In this document: piece by piece, positions 25,260 to 38,259 of the stretch | Position numbering within the stretch: position 1 is the first letter of the stretch | Layout: every line of letters starts with the position of its first letter | Source: Lama glama | Taxonomy: Eukaryota | NCBI GenBank assembly: GCA_028534125.1 | Contig: CM052818.1 | Span: forward strand, 1,118,001 to 1,182,000 | Direction: 5' to 3' | DNA: 64,000 nucleotides | Made by a program: the position numbers and the translations under genes | The notes under the pieces: model-generated | Seen by the model: only the letters and a program-made list of their open reading frames with translations | Databases searched by the model: none | What the model was told of the DNA's origin: nothing

Positions 25260-25790
25260 CAAAAGAATCATAATGGCTTCTCATTGCTCTTGGAATAAGG
25301 GCAACCATCCTCATCCTGGTGAGTGAGTCCCAAATGACCTGGTGCCAGCCCACCCCTACAGCCTCTCCCTGACTTATGATGGCCTAGTCAAGCTGGCCTC
25401 CTGTCTGTCTCTTGTATTTTAGCTTGCTCCTTCCTGCCACAGGGCCTTTGCACCTGCTCTTTCCTCTACCTGGCACACTCCTCTTTGCCAAGGTAACTCT
25501 TATTCTTCTGTTACTATCATTCCAGCATCCCTCATGCAGTCCAGCATTCCCTGACCTCCCTAGCCGGGTAGAATCTCCTTACCACAGGCTCTCCTTGCTG
25601 TCCACAAGGGCAGTGCTACACTGGTTTGGGTGGCTATATTTTTTTATGTCTCTCTAGCTAGACCATAAGCTCCAAGACAGCAGGGACTACATCTCATTTG
25701 GGCCTGGCTCATCTCTGCCCTCGGCTTCCTCCAGTGCCTGGCATGTAGTAGGTGCTCAGTACTAGTTGTTGATTTCAGAAATGAATGAGA
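25260..25790 (+). mobile_element. L2 LINE 3' fragment
   Basis: agggcctttgcacctgct...ctagaccataagctcc..gcagggac...agtgcctggcatgtagtaggtgctcagta..tgttga...aatgaatga L2 3' end. Confidence 0.7.
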
Positions 25791-27318
25791 ATCATAAAAC
25801 ATGTTCAAAAAGTAGGGGAGGAAGGGAGAGAGGAGAAGGGAATTTCCACAGTGTCTGTAGCTTACTTATTCATTTTTCATAGAGATGGGGATGGAAATCA
25901 GTAGATACTGCTTGTGTGTGAAGTTGCTGTTAAAAAGTTCTTAGGAGGGTAGATCCTGGTAAACCAGAAGATAACCTTTTTATTTTTACTGGGCACCTGG
26001 ATGGGTTCCGGATGAAGAAAGTTGGCCCAGGAGCTGAGCTTGCAAGGAGAGGCTAAAGAAGCTGAGTTGCTGTGTAGAGTGAGAATTTCAAGGTTCCTGA
26101 GCTGCCGAGCCATCCGAGAGCAAGGGGCAGGTAGGAGAGATTAGAGGAGACGGCAGAGCTGGCAAAATTGCAAGAGCCATGTGCTTTTAAGTCCTACTTT
26201 CCTCATTAATTTCTAATTTTAATGTGTTATGGGCATATGATGTGGTCTGTATGGTACTGATTCTATGAAATTTATTCCAACTACTTTTATGGCCAATTTA
26301 AATTTTCTAGTGCTCAGAATGTGAATTCTCTGCTGGGTGTGAAATGCTACTATATCTAATAGGTCAAATTTATTAATTGTATTGTTTAGATCTTCAATAT
26401 CTTCAATATCAACTTTTGTCTTGATATCTTGGTTTCTAGGCTTCTAAGAGGAGTGACCTTGGAATTACACAGCCCTTAGGATATGTATTCAAGAGTAAAA
26501 AGATAAAGATCAATATCTAAAGATTATATATTTTTCAGATTGTTGGGGTTGAGGAAAAGCAACAAAGAAAACAGACTAGAAAGCAATTGAGGGGAAACAA
26601 GGGGGCATTAAAAAGCAGTCTGAATCTATAAAAGATGACACAAGTAAATCTATCTGCATAGCAGTAATTGAATGGGAAAAACTTGCCAAATAAAAGAAAA
26701 TACTTTCAGATATAGTTTTTAAAAAATGAAAACATACGCTACCAATAAAGCTGTGACTAAAATAATGCTCGAGGAGTTTAAAAGTAAAAGAACTGAAACT
26801 CAGTGGATTTTAAAATAACCTGATGTATTGATTCTAAAGTATATTTAAAAGAGTATGTTTATGGGATACAAATATTTGTTGAGTGCCTATTCAGTACCAG
26901 GCATGTGTTTTAAAGCTGCAGTGATTAAAACAATATGAGGCAAAGCCGAAATAGACAAACAGAGTGAGCAGGAACAGAACAGGAAGTCTGGAAATAGCCT
27001 TACAGGTGCATAAGATTTAATCTATGATGAAGCTGGTATTTCAAATACGTAAGAAAAGGACAACTTTACTTACCACTTGTACAAATATAATAGTAATAAA
27101 TATTAAATACAAAGTTAGTGTTCCAATTCATAAAAAAGGATGTCAGAGAGATTAAAGATCGAAACATAAAAACCTCACTCAAGTAATAGAATAAAATATA
27201 GAATTTTATTTTTTATATCTGGGGTTCTATCTCAGTTGCTCAAAGAATGTGGATAAACGGTTCACAGCAGATACACAACAGTTAAACATATGGCAAAAAA
27301 AAAGCTTAACCTCACTGG

Positions 27319-30225
27319 TTCTCAAGATTGCTTTGACTATTCAGAGTCTTCTGTGTTTCCATACAAATTTTAAATTTTTTGGTTCCAGTTCTGTGAAAAA
27401 TGCCATTGGTAATTTGATAAGGATTGCACTGAATCTGTAGTTTGCCCTAGGTAGTATGGTCACATTAACAATATTGATTTTTTTCAACCCAAGAACATGG
27501 TATATCTTTCCATCTGTTTGTGTTGTCTTTCATTCTATCATCAGCGTCTTACAGTTTTTGAAGTACAGGTCTTTTGCTTCCTTAGATTGGTTTATTACTA
27601 GGTATTTTATTCTCATTGATGCAATGGTAAATGGGATTGTCTCCTTAATTTCTTTTTTCTGCTATTTCGTTGTCAGTGTATAGAAATGCAACAAATTTCT
27701 GTATATTAATTTTGTATCCTACAAATTTCCCAGATCCATTGATGAGCTCTGGTAGTTTTCTGGTAGCGTCTTTAGGATTTTCTATGTATAATATCATGTC
27801 ATCTGCAAAGAGAGACAGTGTTGCTTCTTCCTTTCCAATTTAGATTCCTTTTATTTCTTTTTCTTCTCTGATTGCTGTGGCTAGCCTTCCAAAACTGTGT
27901 TGAGTAAAAGAGGTGAGAGTGGGCATCCTGTTTTGTTCCTGATCTTAGAGGAAATGCTTTCAGCTTCTCACCATTGAGTGTGATGATAGCTGTGGGTCTG
28001 TCATATATGGCCTCTATTATGTTGAGATATGTTCCCTCTAAGCCCACTTTCTGGAGAGTTTTTATTATAAATGGATGTTGAATCTTATCAAAAACTTTTC
28101 CTGCATTTATTGAGATGATTTTTACTCTTCAGTTTGTTAATGTTGGTGTATCGCACTGAGTGATTTGTGGATATTGAAAAATCCTTGCATCCTTGAGATA
28201 AACCCCATTTGATCATAGTGTATAATCCTTCTAATGTATTGTTGGAGTTAGTTTGCTAATATTTTATTGAGGATTTTTGCATCTATGTTCATCAGTAATA
28301 TTGGCCTCTAAAATTCTTCTCTCTCTGTCTCTCTCTCACTTTTTGGTATCTTTGTCCGCATTTGGTATCAGGGTGATGGTGGCCTCACAGAATGAGTCTG
28401 GAAGTGTTCCTTTCTCTGCGATTTTTTGGAATAGTTTCAGAAGGATAGGCATTAACTCTTCTCTAAATGTTTGGTAGAATTCACTCGTGAAGCCATCTGG
28501 TCTTGGACTTCCGCTTGTTGGGAGCTGTTAAATTACTGACTCAATTTCAGTGCTGGTAATTGGTCTGTTCATATTTCCTATTTCTTGTTCAGTCTTGGAA
28601 TACTGTATCTTTCTAAGAAGTTGCCCATTTCTTCTAGGTTGTCCATTTGATTGGCATATAGTTGCTCATAGTAGTATCTCATGGTCCTTTGCATTTCTGT
28701 ACTTCTAACTTCTCCTTTTTCATTTCTGATTTTATGGATTTGGGCCCTCTCCCTTTTTTTCTTGATGAGTCTGAGTTTATCAATTTTGTTTTACCTTTTC
28801 AAAGAACCAGCTTTTAGTTTCATTGATCTTTTCTGTTGTTTTTTTGTCTCTATTGTATTTATTTCTGCTCTGATCTTTATGATTTCTTTCCTTCTACTAA
28901 CTTTGGGTTTTATTTGGTCTTCTTTCTCTAGTTGCTTTAGGTTTAAGATTAGGTTGTTTATTTGAGATTTTTCTTGTTTCCTGAAATAATCTTTTATCAC
29001 TATAAACTACCCTTTGAGAACTGCTTTTGCTGTCCCATAGGTTTTGAATCGTGTTTTTGTTTTTATTTGTCTGTAGGCATTTTTCGATTTCCTCTTTAAT
29101 TTTTTTCAGTGATTCATTGGTTGTTTAATAGCATATTGTTTAGCCTCCGCATGTTTGTGTTTTTTGCAGTTTTTTACTCTGAACTCTTTCTTGAATAGAT
29201 TGCCTGTGTCCACCAACTTAGTTGTTCTTTTGGAGTTTTGTCTTGTTCCCTTATCTGGGACATATTTCTCTGTCACCTCATTTTATCTAAATTTCTATTT
29301 GTATTTTTAGATATGTGGTTACTTACGTTTCTTGACCTTGAAGGAGTGCTCCTTTGTAGGGATGTCCTGTGTGTCCCAGCAGTACACTCCCCTCTTGTCC
29401 CTCCAAGGCCAGGGCCCAGCTGGTCCCAGGGTAGGTCTACCTTGCCTACCTACGGACTTAGTTCCACAGCCATGGGATCGTAGTTTTCTTGCCTCTGATG
29501 TCTGCCCTCTGGTGGGTGAGGCTGGTCTAGAGGCTTGTCCAGCTTCTTGGCGTAGAGGCTGGTGCCTGCCTACTGGTGGGTAGAGCTGGATCCTGGCCCT
29601 CTGGTGGGCAGGGCCATGTCTAGAGGCAGCTGTGGTCTCAGGAAGTCTTTAGGTAGCCTGTCTGCTGATGGATGGGGCTGTGTTCTTGCCCATCTGAGGC
29701 ATCCCAGCACTGGAGCCTACAGGCTGCTGGCTGGGGCCGGGTCTTGGCGCTAATGACCCAAGCAAGATGTTAGCCTCCCGGAGAGTTCATGCAGATGAAT
29801 ACTCCCTGATATGTCTGCCACCAGTTTTTATGTCCTCAGAATGAGACACAGCCGCCCCCCCAGCCTCCCCAGGAGACCCTCCAAGATCAGCAGGTAGGTC
29901 TGGCCCAGGTCCCAGTGCAGTTACTGCTTTTGCCCTTGGTCCTGGCGCCCATGAGATTTTATGTGCTCCGTTTAAGAATGAAGTCTCTGTTTCCCGCAGT
30001 CCTGTGGCGCTCCTGCAGTGAAGCCCCACTGGCCTTCAAAGCCAAACGTTCCGGGGCTCCTCCTTCTGTCTCATTGCGGTTTCTTCTTTATGTCTTTTGT
30101 TGCAGAAGATCTTTTTTGGTAGGTTCTGGTCTTTTTTACTGACGATTGTTCAGCAGTTAGTTGTGATTTTTGTGTGCTCGTCAGAGGAGGTGAGCTCAAG
30201 TGCCTTCTGCTCTGCCATCTTGGCC
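27319..30225 (-). mobile_element. LINE-1 remnant: ORF2 (RT and N-terminal part), internal deletion near 29170, ORF1 start and 5' UTR
   Basis: Minus-strand ORFs [39 protein letters not shown] (27799-28047) and QEKSQINNL..LKQLEKE..KPKVSRRKEIIKIRAEIN (28791-29000) are L1 ORF2p. GCCATCTTG YY1-type 5' terminus at ~30214-30222. Confidence 0.9.
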
Positions 30226-30452
30226 TCCAGCAGTTCTGGCTTGAAATATGTTTATAGCCATGTAACCACCAGTCAGATCAAGACACTGAACATTTCTGCC
30301 ATCCCACAGGGCTTCCCTCATGCCCCTTTCAAGTCAGTACTCCCCACCCAGAGGTAACACTATAATGACCTCTGCCACCATAGATACGTTTTGCCAGTTT
30401 TTGAACTTCATGTATACTTTTTGTGTGTCTGCCTTCTTTTGCTTATCATTAT

Positions 30453-31021
30453 GTGTATCAGCCTTCCGTTACTGTGCATCGAATTGCCCGGAAATATAGG
30501 GCTTGAAACAATGAGTCAGTTCTTTTGCTCACTGATGTTCAGTTTGGGCAGGGCTTAGAGGAGATGGCACACCTCTGTTCCATGCAGTGTGGGCTAGGGC
30601 AGCTTGACTGAGGCTAGAAAGTCCATTTCAGGATGGCTTACTTTCATGGTGGGCAAGCTGGTGCCGACCCTTAGCTAGTGGCTTAGCTGGAACTGTGGAC
30701 CAGGCCCTCAGTTCTTATCCACGTGGGTCTCTTCATAGTCTGCTTGGGCTTCCTTAGAATGTAATGGCCAAGTCCCAAGAGAGCGACCATCCCAAGAGAA
30801 CATGGTGGAGGTGCAAGGCATTTTTATGACCTCGCCCCAGAGGTCACATAGCCTCACCTTGGCCATACTCTACCTGTTGAGGCAGTCACAAAGTCCTGCC
30901 CAGGATCAAGGGTAGGGGACAGACACTCATCCTCTGGATGGGGGAATGTGAGAATGTTCTAGAAGAGCATGGGGGATGGGAGATATTGGGATGGTAATCT
31001 TTGGAAAATATATTCTGCCAT
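30453..31021 (-). mobile_element. MaLR LTR (MLT1F/H-like) inserted in an L1ME fragment
   Basis: cagtttgggcagggct...gaggtcacatagcctcac.ttggccatactct...gcagtcacaaag..ctgcccagg.tcaaggg typical of MLT1. Confidence 0.65.
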
Positions 31022-31936
31022 ATTATGTTTGTGCAGTTCATCCACATTGTAACATGTACTTGTAGTTTGCTTTTTAAATTGCTGTGTAGTATTTCATTGT
31101 GTGACTATACCACAATTTACGTATCCAGGCTACTGCTGACATTTGAATTGTTGGCAGTTTGGGGCTACTTGAGGAGTGCCACTATGAATATTCTTATACA
31201 AATCTTTTGGTAGACAAAGGCTGCCTTCTATCACTGTTGCTGTCTCTTTAGCTTTTAAGATTTCGAAAACCATACTATTCTATCCTCTTTTGTTAATTTT
31301 TTTTTGTTCCTCCATCAGTTACTGTAGCCATATGTATTTTAGTATGTAAATCTCTGCTAGTGTTTTCTAAATGTTGAAAAGAAATTATATAAGTATTACA
31401 TAAATACGTTCTCTTTATAAAAACTTTCAATATTACAACCAAGATTAAAGCTCCTTCTAACACTGCTTGCCAAGTCTGTGTCCTTGCCTCCTACTCCAGG
31501 GTAACCCCTGTCACAGTTTGATGGGTCTCCTGCTAGAGGTTTTTTTGATGCATTTACACACATAAATATTCTCATAGAAAATACTGTCTTCTGTGTGTGT
31601 GTGTTTTGTTTGGTACAACGAATGGCGTCATACGGCTCCACAATTCGCTTTCTCACTTAAAACAATATTTTGTAGATACGGCCATGGAATCGCATGTAAA
31701 TCTACGTTACTTTCTAAACTGCTGAGTAATGTTCCATCGTGTTATTTTGCCACTGCCATTTAGCCATTTCTCTATGAAAGGACATTTAGGTTGTAGCCTT
31801 CTTTACTGTTTTGTGTGTGTCCCATGAATTGGAGGGCAGGGTTGGTACTTGATCAATACTGATGCACCTCTACAAGGGAAAGTGTTGCTGGAGCCCTAAA
31901 TCTGTGCCCCTCAATGTCCCTTTTCTTTGCCTGCAG

Positions 31937-32014
31937 AGACGTCTCAGAGAAGCTGTGCAGCTGTTGGAGGACTACAAGCATGGGAACCTGCAGCCGGGGG
32001 TTACCAATGAGCAG
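31937..32014 (+). CDS. SFXN5: SFXN5 exon 3
   Basis: TTTTCTTTGCCTGCAG acceptor. [35 protein letters not shown] donor, 78 nt. Confidence 0.94.
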
Positions 32015-32449
32015 GTAACTCTACCGGAGGTGGGAAGGGGAAGGAAGGTGGCGAATTTTACATCCACTGCCCTGCAGCCAGAACCACTTCTCTGCCCTTC
32101 AGTATCCACTTCTACTGCTGCTCCATCCCCTGTGGACTTCTGTCTTTTTGGAGGGGCTCCTCAGGTCTCTCCCATAACCTGGGTCTGGTGGGAAGCGTGG
32201 AGGTTGAATTATTAAACATTTACCAGCATACCACTACCCAAGAGCTTAGACTGAAGGTGGGAAAGATGGGGGAGCCTGGTGAGGATTAAACTAGGACACT
32301 GTAATTTCATTTTTTTAATATCATGTAGGAGCTAGAATTAGGGCTAATTGAAATGCTGACGATTTTGTTTGATTTGGGGGAAAGTTAGGGGGATGTAGTG
32401 TAGGTCAGCTCTAGTGACTGCAGAGCATGATGGTTAATGTGCTAAAGTT

Positions 32450-34200
32450 TTTCTTTTTGTTCATAATCTTCATTTTTAAAACTATTAAAATTAATTTCAT
32501 ACTTCTTTTCAAAGTAAAATACATACATAGTTCAAAAAGTCAAATAGTACTAAAGCACTTATAAGGGGAAATAGTATGTTTCCCCCTCCCTCCTCAATTC
32601 CCATTCCTGTTTCCCAGAAGCAAATACTGTTAGCTGTTTCTTCAGATAGAAACCTATATTTCAAACTAATATGTTTATCTGTACTGCTATTGCTCAGCTA
32701 GTTCCCTTGTATTGTCTATTATGGTCGTTGAGGGTTCAGCTCTCTTATTTTTCACCCCTATAAACACATTTCTCTCTCTTATCACCCTTATCATCCTCCC
32801 AAAATAGTTATCATAGCTTTGGAGTTTGTGGATATCCAATATTCACATTATTACAGTTAGATGAATAACTTTAGAAGTTTGTTGTGCATGATTATGTTTC
32901 CTCTCCTTTTCAACCTTATGTTTTTTCTGGATTTATTAATTGCCTCTTTTTTTTTTCCTCATTGACATAGTTTCCTTTGTACCATCTCTAATTCTTACTG
33001 CACCTTCTAGCAGCTTTTTGATATTTTCAGTGCCTCCTTTCTCTCTGAAGACTCCTGTCCTTCAGTTCTACTTTTTCCCCTGAAATTTTCCTTTCTGGGG
33101 CCCACCTCATTCCAGCTCCAGGCCTTCCTCTTGGTGTACCCCTTCATATTGGTGGAACACCTCTCCTACGAGCTTCCTGAAAAAAAAAAAAACGGTAAAT
33201 GGGAAGAAAAACTTGAGTCCTTTTATATCTGGAAAAAAAGTTAATTTGTAATTGTAATTCTACACTCAGCTTTAAGTGATAGTTTGGCTGAGGAGAAAAT
33301 TCTAGATTGATAATAATTTTCCTTCAGAATTTTGAAGGTATTGCTCTTCTGGATTCCAGTATGGCTGTTGAAAAATCCAATGCTATTTCATTCATGATTC
33401 TTTGTGAGCGACTTGTTTTCTCTCTTTAGGAGTGTTTAGGGTTTTCTCTTTATCTATATGGTTTATTTCTGAAATTCCACAATGCTATCTCTTTTAAAAT
33501 TCATTACTTTGGGTTCCTGGTGACCTCTTGCAATTTGAAGACTCATGTCTCTCAGTTCTGGCAATTTTTCTTCTATTGTTTCTTTGATAAATTCTTCTCA
33601 TTCTGAAACTCCTATTAGTAAAGTATTATTATCTTAGATTAACACTCAGATTTTATCTTTTTGTTTTTTTTCTTCTATTCCATCCCTTTGTCCCCCTGTT
33701 TAGCTTTGCAGGAAATTTCCTTGGGTTTATTTTTAACACTTCTATTGAATTTTTAACTTCGGCTAGTGCAATTTTAATTTCTGAGGGCTGTTTGATTGTA
33801 TCTTTTCTTTATTCTTTTTAGTAGGATCCTCTTCCTGTTTTATAAATACAGTATTATCTCATCTGCCTGCATTCTGGAAGCCAAGTAGGGAAAGGAGTTT
33901 GGAGTCCCAGAATTCACTTTGCAGACTTTCATTAATTTCCCTTCTTTTAGCCTCACCAGCTCCTGCTCTCCAGTGTGTTAGTGTTTCCAAATCTGGAGTC
34001 ACTTGGATTCAGTTTGTCCAGAAGGTCGAAAAACCTCCAGTGTCTGGGGGATACAGGTGAGGGCAGTAAGAGTCACCTTGCTGTGCAGGGTAGACCTGAG
34101 GGTTCCACTGCTTTGAGTACAGATTTTCAACCAACTCTCTGTGTTAAGCCCTACAGTTAATTAACCCTTTTTTTCCCTGGAATGCCTGGTTCCTCCAAGT
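32450..34200 (-). mobile_element. Highly degraded L1ME/HAL1-like fragments
   Basis: AT-rich antisense L1 ORF1-like text (aaaattctagattga...ttttccttcagaattttgaagg.attgctc...). Approximate. Confidence 0.45.
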
Positions 34201-36454
34201 CCTTAACTTTGCTGATGTCCTGGGGGTGATGTCCTGGCTTCTAAAGTGTGCCTTCTGCAGGCATTTAAGGATGGTTTCCTCCTTTCTGCTGGATCCCTTA
34301 TTAAAACTCTACTCGTTTTCCATCCAGAACAGGTTGCTGTTCCTCCTCTGCTGTTGTCTCCTCTTCTGTTCTGTTGGTAACTTTGTGAGGCACTGGCCCT
34401 GCCTTCTTCTGACACCTTTAGGTACAAAGCCCAAGCTGAGGCCCTGTCCTGCCAGCATGACACACTGGTGCCTGGCTGAGTGTTCCTTGGGGCAGGTGGC
34501 TTAGCCATCAGCCCTCCCCAATCCATTTCATTTCACTGTATATGTATGGGGTACCTTCAGGCCAGTGTTGGTGCCAAGGCCTAGGGGAGACAGCAGGGGA
34601 GAAGCCAGAGGAGGGTCCAGCCTCGTGGACTCCCCAGAATCTAGGCAATGCCGGAAAAATATCTGATGCTGTGGGAAAGCAGAGGAAGGAGTAACCTACC
34701 CAGACTAGGGGTGCCTGAGATTTGAGGGATGAGCAGGGGCTGGTGAGGAGGAGGCACTGAGTATGAGTTGTCCAGGTGAAGAAGCACATCCTGAACACAG
34801 AGAAAACAGGGACCCTCAGAGGAGGGGGCGAGCCGGTGAGCTGGGCTGCAGCCCGGATCTGGAAGGAGGGCAGAGGTGCAGGCAGAGGCAGCCCCTTGGC
34901 TGATGTCCTTGTGCGGGTCACTAGGAGTGACTGAGGTGCTGCAGTGCCTGGTTAGACAGGGTCCATCTCCAGGCGTCTGTGTCGCCTGCTGAATTGGGGG
35001 CAGCTGTCAGCAGCGAGGGCAGGCTGGGAGCTCCTCGTTCCTGCACGCGGTGCTGCTCGCTGGCTGTGGACACCGAGGAGCCTGGGTGACGTGACCTGAC
35101 ATGCCCATTTCTAGGCTGAAATAGTCCTCAGACTGCGGCAGGTCCTCATGGACTTGTCAGGGGAGGTCCAGCCTCTGAGCCCTTCCTGACCCTGTGTCTG
35201 CTTCCTGCCCAAGCTCCCCTCTAGCCCATCTTGGCCTCTTGGGACTCCTTCCAGCTTCCAGAGTTTGGGGAATGAGGCCATGTTTCCCCTCCTTGCTCCC
35301 TTCAGTAGTTTAAAGCTGCCTGTCTTGTTTTCTGGGCCTCCTTTGTTTTCTTTCCTGAACGCCCCCATGTGCCTCTAGGGGGCTGGAGGAGGGGCGATTG
35401 GGGAGGGAGGAGGGGAGGTTGGGGGGAGGGGGGAGGCTGGGGGACGGACCCTGGCACTAGCTGTACTTCCTAGTTCTGGCTCCTGTTGGTGATGCCTGCA
35501 GTGTCCATCTGGAGGCTGGGTAGCACTGTGCTCTAGGTGTGAGCCTGCGGCTCCCCTGACAAGCAGATTCTCCCTCTGCCTCCCTCCCCCTGCCCTCCTG
35601 GCTTCACAAAGCATCAGGCTTGGGCTGTGCTGCAGCTTTCACAGCGCTTCCCTCCTGGGGCCTCATCTGCAGAGCCATGCCCTGCTCTGGCCTTCACAGA
35701 CACAGGAAGAGGGGATGGATGATGACACACCAGCTCAGGGTTCAGCTTCAGCGATCTGGAATTAATGAAGTCCCCGTTCCTGGTTCAGGCTGGCCCTGCT
35801 CAAGGGTCATGACCGTGCTGTCTGAAAAGGCCCAGGGTGGCTCTTGACCTCAGAATAGACAGTGGCTTTGTCTGCTCTTGGATTCTGTGCCTGCTCTGAT
35901 GTCCTTTTGCAGTGGGTCAGAAGCCTGTGGCTGTGCCTTGATACCCATGGGCCTTCTCGATGTCACGGGTACCACTGGCCACCACCGGGTATCCTGTATG
36001 CTTATTTGTTATCTAATCTGCCCTCCAGTTACGACATCCTGCCAGGGGGTTCCCGCAAGTGGACTGATAGGTTATTCACACCTGATGGCCTTGGTTGGTG
36101 GGTGGCTGGTATCTCCTCTGGAGACTGTTAACTTGTTGAACGGTTGCTATACCAATGAAAAAATCAGTTCTGAGAATAAAATAAAAATAAGTATAATTTA
36201 TCCTTTGGGCTTGACAGGTAGATATTTGATGTGCTGGGAACCCTACTAAGACTGTAGCTGTCGGTTAAACAACAAAGCCGTAGATGAGAACAAAACATAA
36301 GGACAGGCAGCTAAGTTTCCGGATATTTGCTGTGCTGTGTGTGTTTTGTCTGCCAGGGCTTTGCTGGAATGGTTTGGCGGGGATAGAGATGGGTGGGCTC
36401 AACATGGAAGACCCCCCCATGGGAATGAGCCACCGCTCACAGGGTGCTCACCGA

Positions 36455-36660
36455 GACCCAGGCACTGCGCTGAGTACTGGCACTTTACACTATTGCTTCA
36501 ATTAATCTTCACAGAAACCCTGTTTGGTAGATGCCTGTCTTAACCTGATTTTACAGGCAAGAAAACTGAGGCTCAGAGAGATTACATTACTTACCTCAGG
36601 TCACATAACCCGTACGTGGTGGGACAGGGACCCGACGCTGGGGCTCTAAGAGACCAGGCC
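36455..36660 (-). mobile_element. MIR SINE
   Basis: attttacaggcaagaaaactgaggctcagagag..ttac..acttacctcaggtcaca MIR core. Confidence 0.7.
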
Positions 36661-38038
36661 CATCTTTCACCCATTATCTGGAGGTGGATTTGGAGAAGAA
36701 GGTGATACTCTGGGGAGTGGAATGTATGTGCAAACACGGCGCAGAGTGAGTGGGTGGGGTAGGGGTGCCGCCAGAGGAGCTCGGCAGGGGGCAGGTCTCG
36801 CAGCCCCTGTTAACGCTGCCTGGGCAGGCCATGGGCATCTGCGGGGTGACCGGTGCGGGACAGGCGCTGGCAGGTGGGCACCGGGCCGGGGGAGAAGCAG
36901 AGGCCTGGCCCTGCCCTCGCACGGCCGCTCCTGTGCATCAGCCGGCGGCGGCTGGAGGCTAGGTGTGCGGAGTAAGGTAGGCAGGCGTTCAGTGGTCCTC
37001 AGACCATTATGAGAACGCAGGTGCTGAGGAAAGGCTTTGTGGAGGGGACACAGAGGGGATGGATGGAGAATGTAGAGAGATACCCCAGTCATTGGGAGGG
37101 ACACAGACAAAAGCCAAGAAGCAGAGTGGAATGAAGAAAGAGAAAGGGAGAGAAGCGGGGAGAAGAAGAGATTAGAAGAGAAAGTTGGAGAGGAAGCTGG
37201 GCAGTTACAGGCCAGCTTGTGAAAGTTTTGGAAATCCAGGTACAGATGCTGGATGTGCTGTGTGGGGCAAGAGGAAGCGACTCGAGCCGGAGCAGGAGAG
37301 CAGGAATGTGCTGGATCTTTCTGCCCACGCACCAGGTCCATGGTGGGGAGGTAGGGCAGGGGGAAGGGCTATTAAGTAAAGCAGTTTGGGACCAATTGGA
37401 GTGGTCAGGAGCAAGGGGGCAGGCGTCTGGGAGCCACTGTAGGCTTCTGAGCGGTGGTTCTGAGCCATCGTCCCACATTCCTCAGGGGCTGGGAGCCAGC
37501 CCACCTTATTAAGTGCCTGCTTAGCACCCAGCATACATATTACTTGCTCAGAGGCCCCATGCGGGATGGAGTCTGCCTGCAACCCACCACGGAGAAAGGG
37601 CAGCTGGGTTGTGAGAGATCCTGGCCGACTCCTCCTCTGGCAGAGCGCAAATGGGTCAGCTGTGTTTGGGCTTTGCTGCAAACAGCAGAGAAAATATCAG
37701 AGAGTCAAAAATGCTTGCACCCTGAATCTTCTCTGGGTGTCGGCAGGTTTGTCAGAAGCAGACATTCCCCCCTTACCCTGACCCCTAGCTGCAGACTTCT
37801 GGGATCCTGATCAGCACCCTGCCCTTCCGGGCCAGCCCCAGATTGGCCCTGACCATTAGCACAGAACAGGCAAGAGATCAGTATTAGTTGAAGCACCTGT
37901 GTGGCGTGCTAGGCGTTGTGCCGGGTGCTGTAGATAGACCTCTGGGCTGGGGACTGCGGTGGCCTCCTCTGCCTATTCCCGACACAGCACTCAGAGTGAT
38001 TTGTGAAAACACACACTACATGGTTTGTCCCTCTGCTC

Positions 38039-38242
38039 CAGGGTTTCTCAGCCTCTGCACGATTGGCATTTGGGGCTGGATAATTCTTTGTTGTGAGGAC
38101 TGTCCTGTGCACTGTAAGATGTTTAGCAGTATCCCTGGCTTCTATCCATTGGGTGCCAATGGCACCCCCTCCAAAGTCATGACAACCAGACATTTCCAGA
38201 TGTCCCCTGGGTGAAAAATTGCCCCCCTGTTAAGAGCCACTG
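38039..38242. mobile_element. MER20 hAT-Charlie DNA transposon, near full length
   Basis: CAGGGTTTCTCAGCC...GGGGCTGGATAATTCTTTGTTGTG.GG.CTGTCCTGTGCA.TGTA.GATGTTTAGCAG.ATCCCTGG...TTAAGAGCCACTG with TIRs. Confidence 0.85.
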
Positions 38243-38259
38243 CTCTAGTAGAAACTCAG

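Noticed and set aside
25132..25353. ORF containing a run of X
   Set aside because: Artefact of the 100-N assembly gap.
27799..29000. Reverse-transcriptase-like ORFs
   Set aside because: Fragments of a broken LINE-1 ORF2, not a host gene or novel retroelement system.
36667..37341. Longest ORF in the track (224 aa, minus strand)
   Set aside because: Low-complexity Pro/Ser/Leu/Arg translation of a purine-rich and GC-rich intronic stretch; no domain and no splice context.
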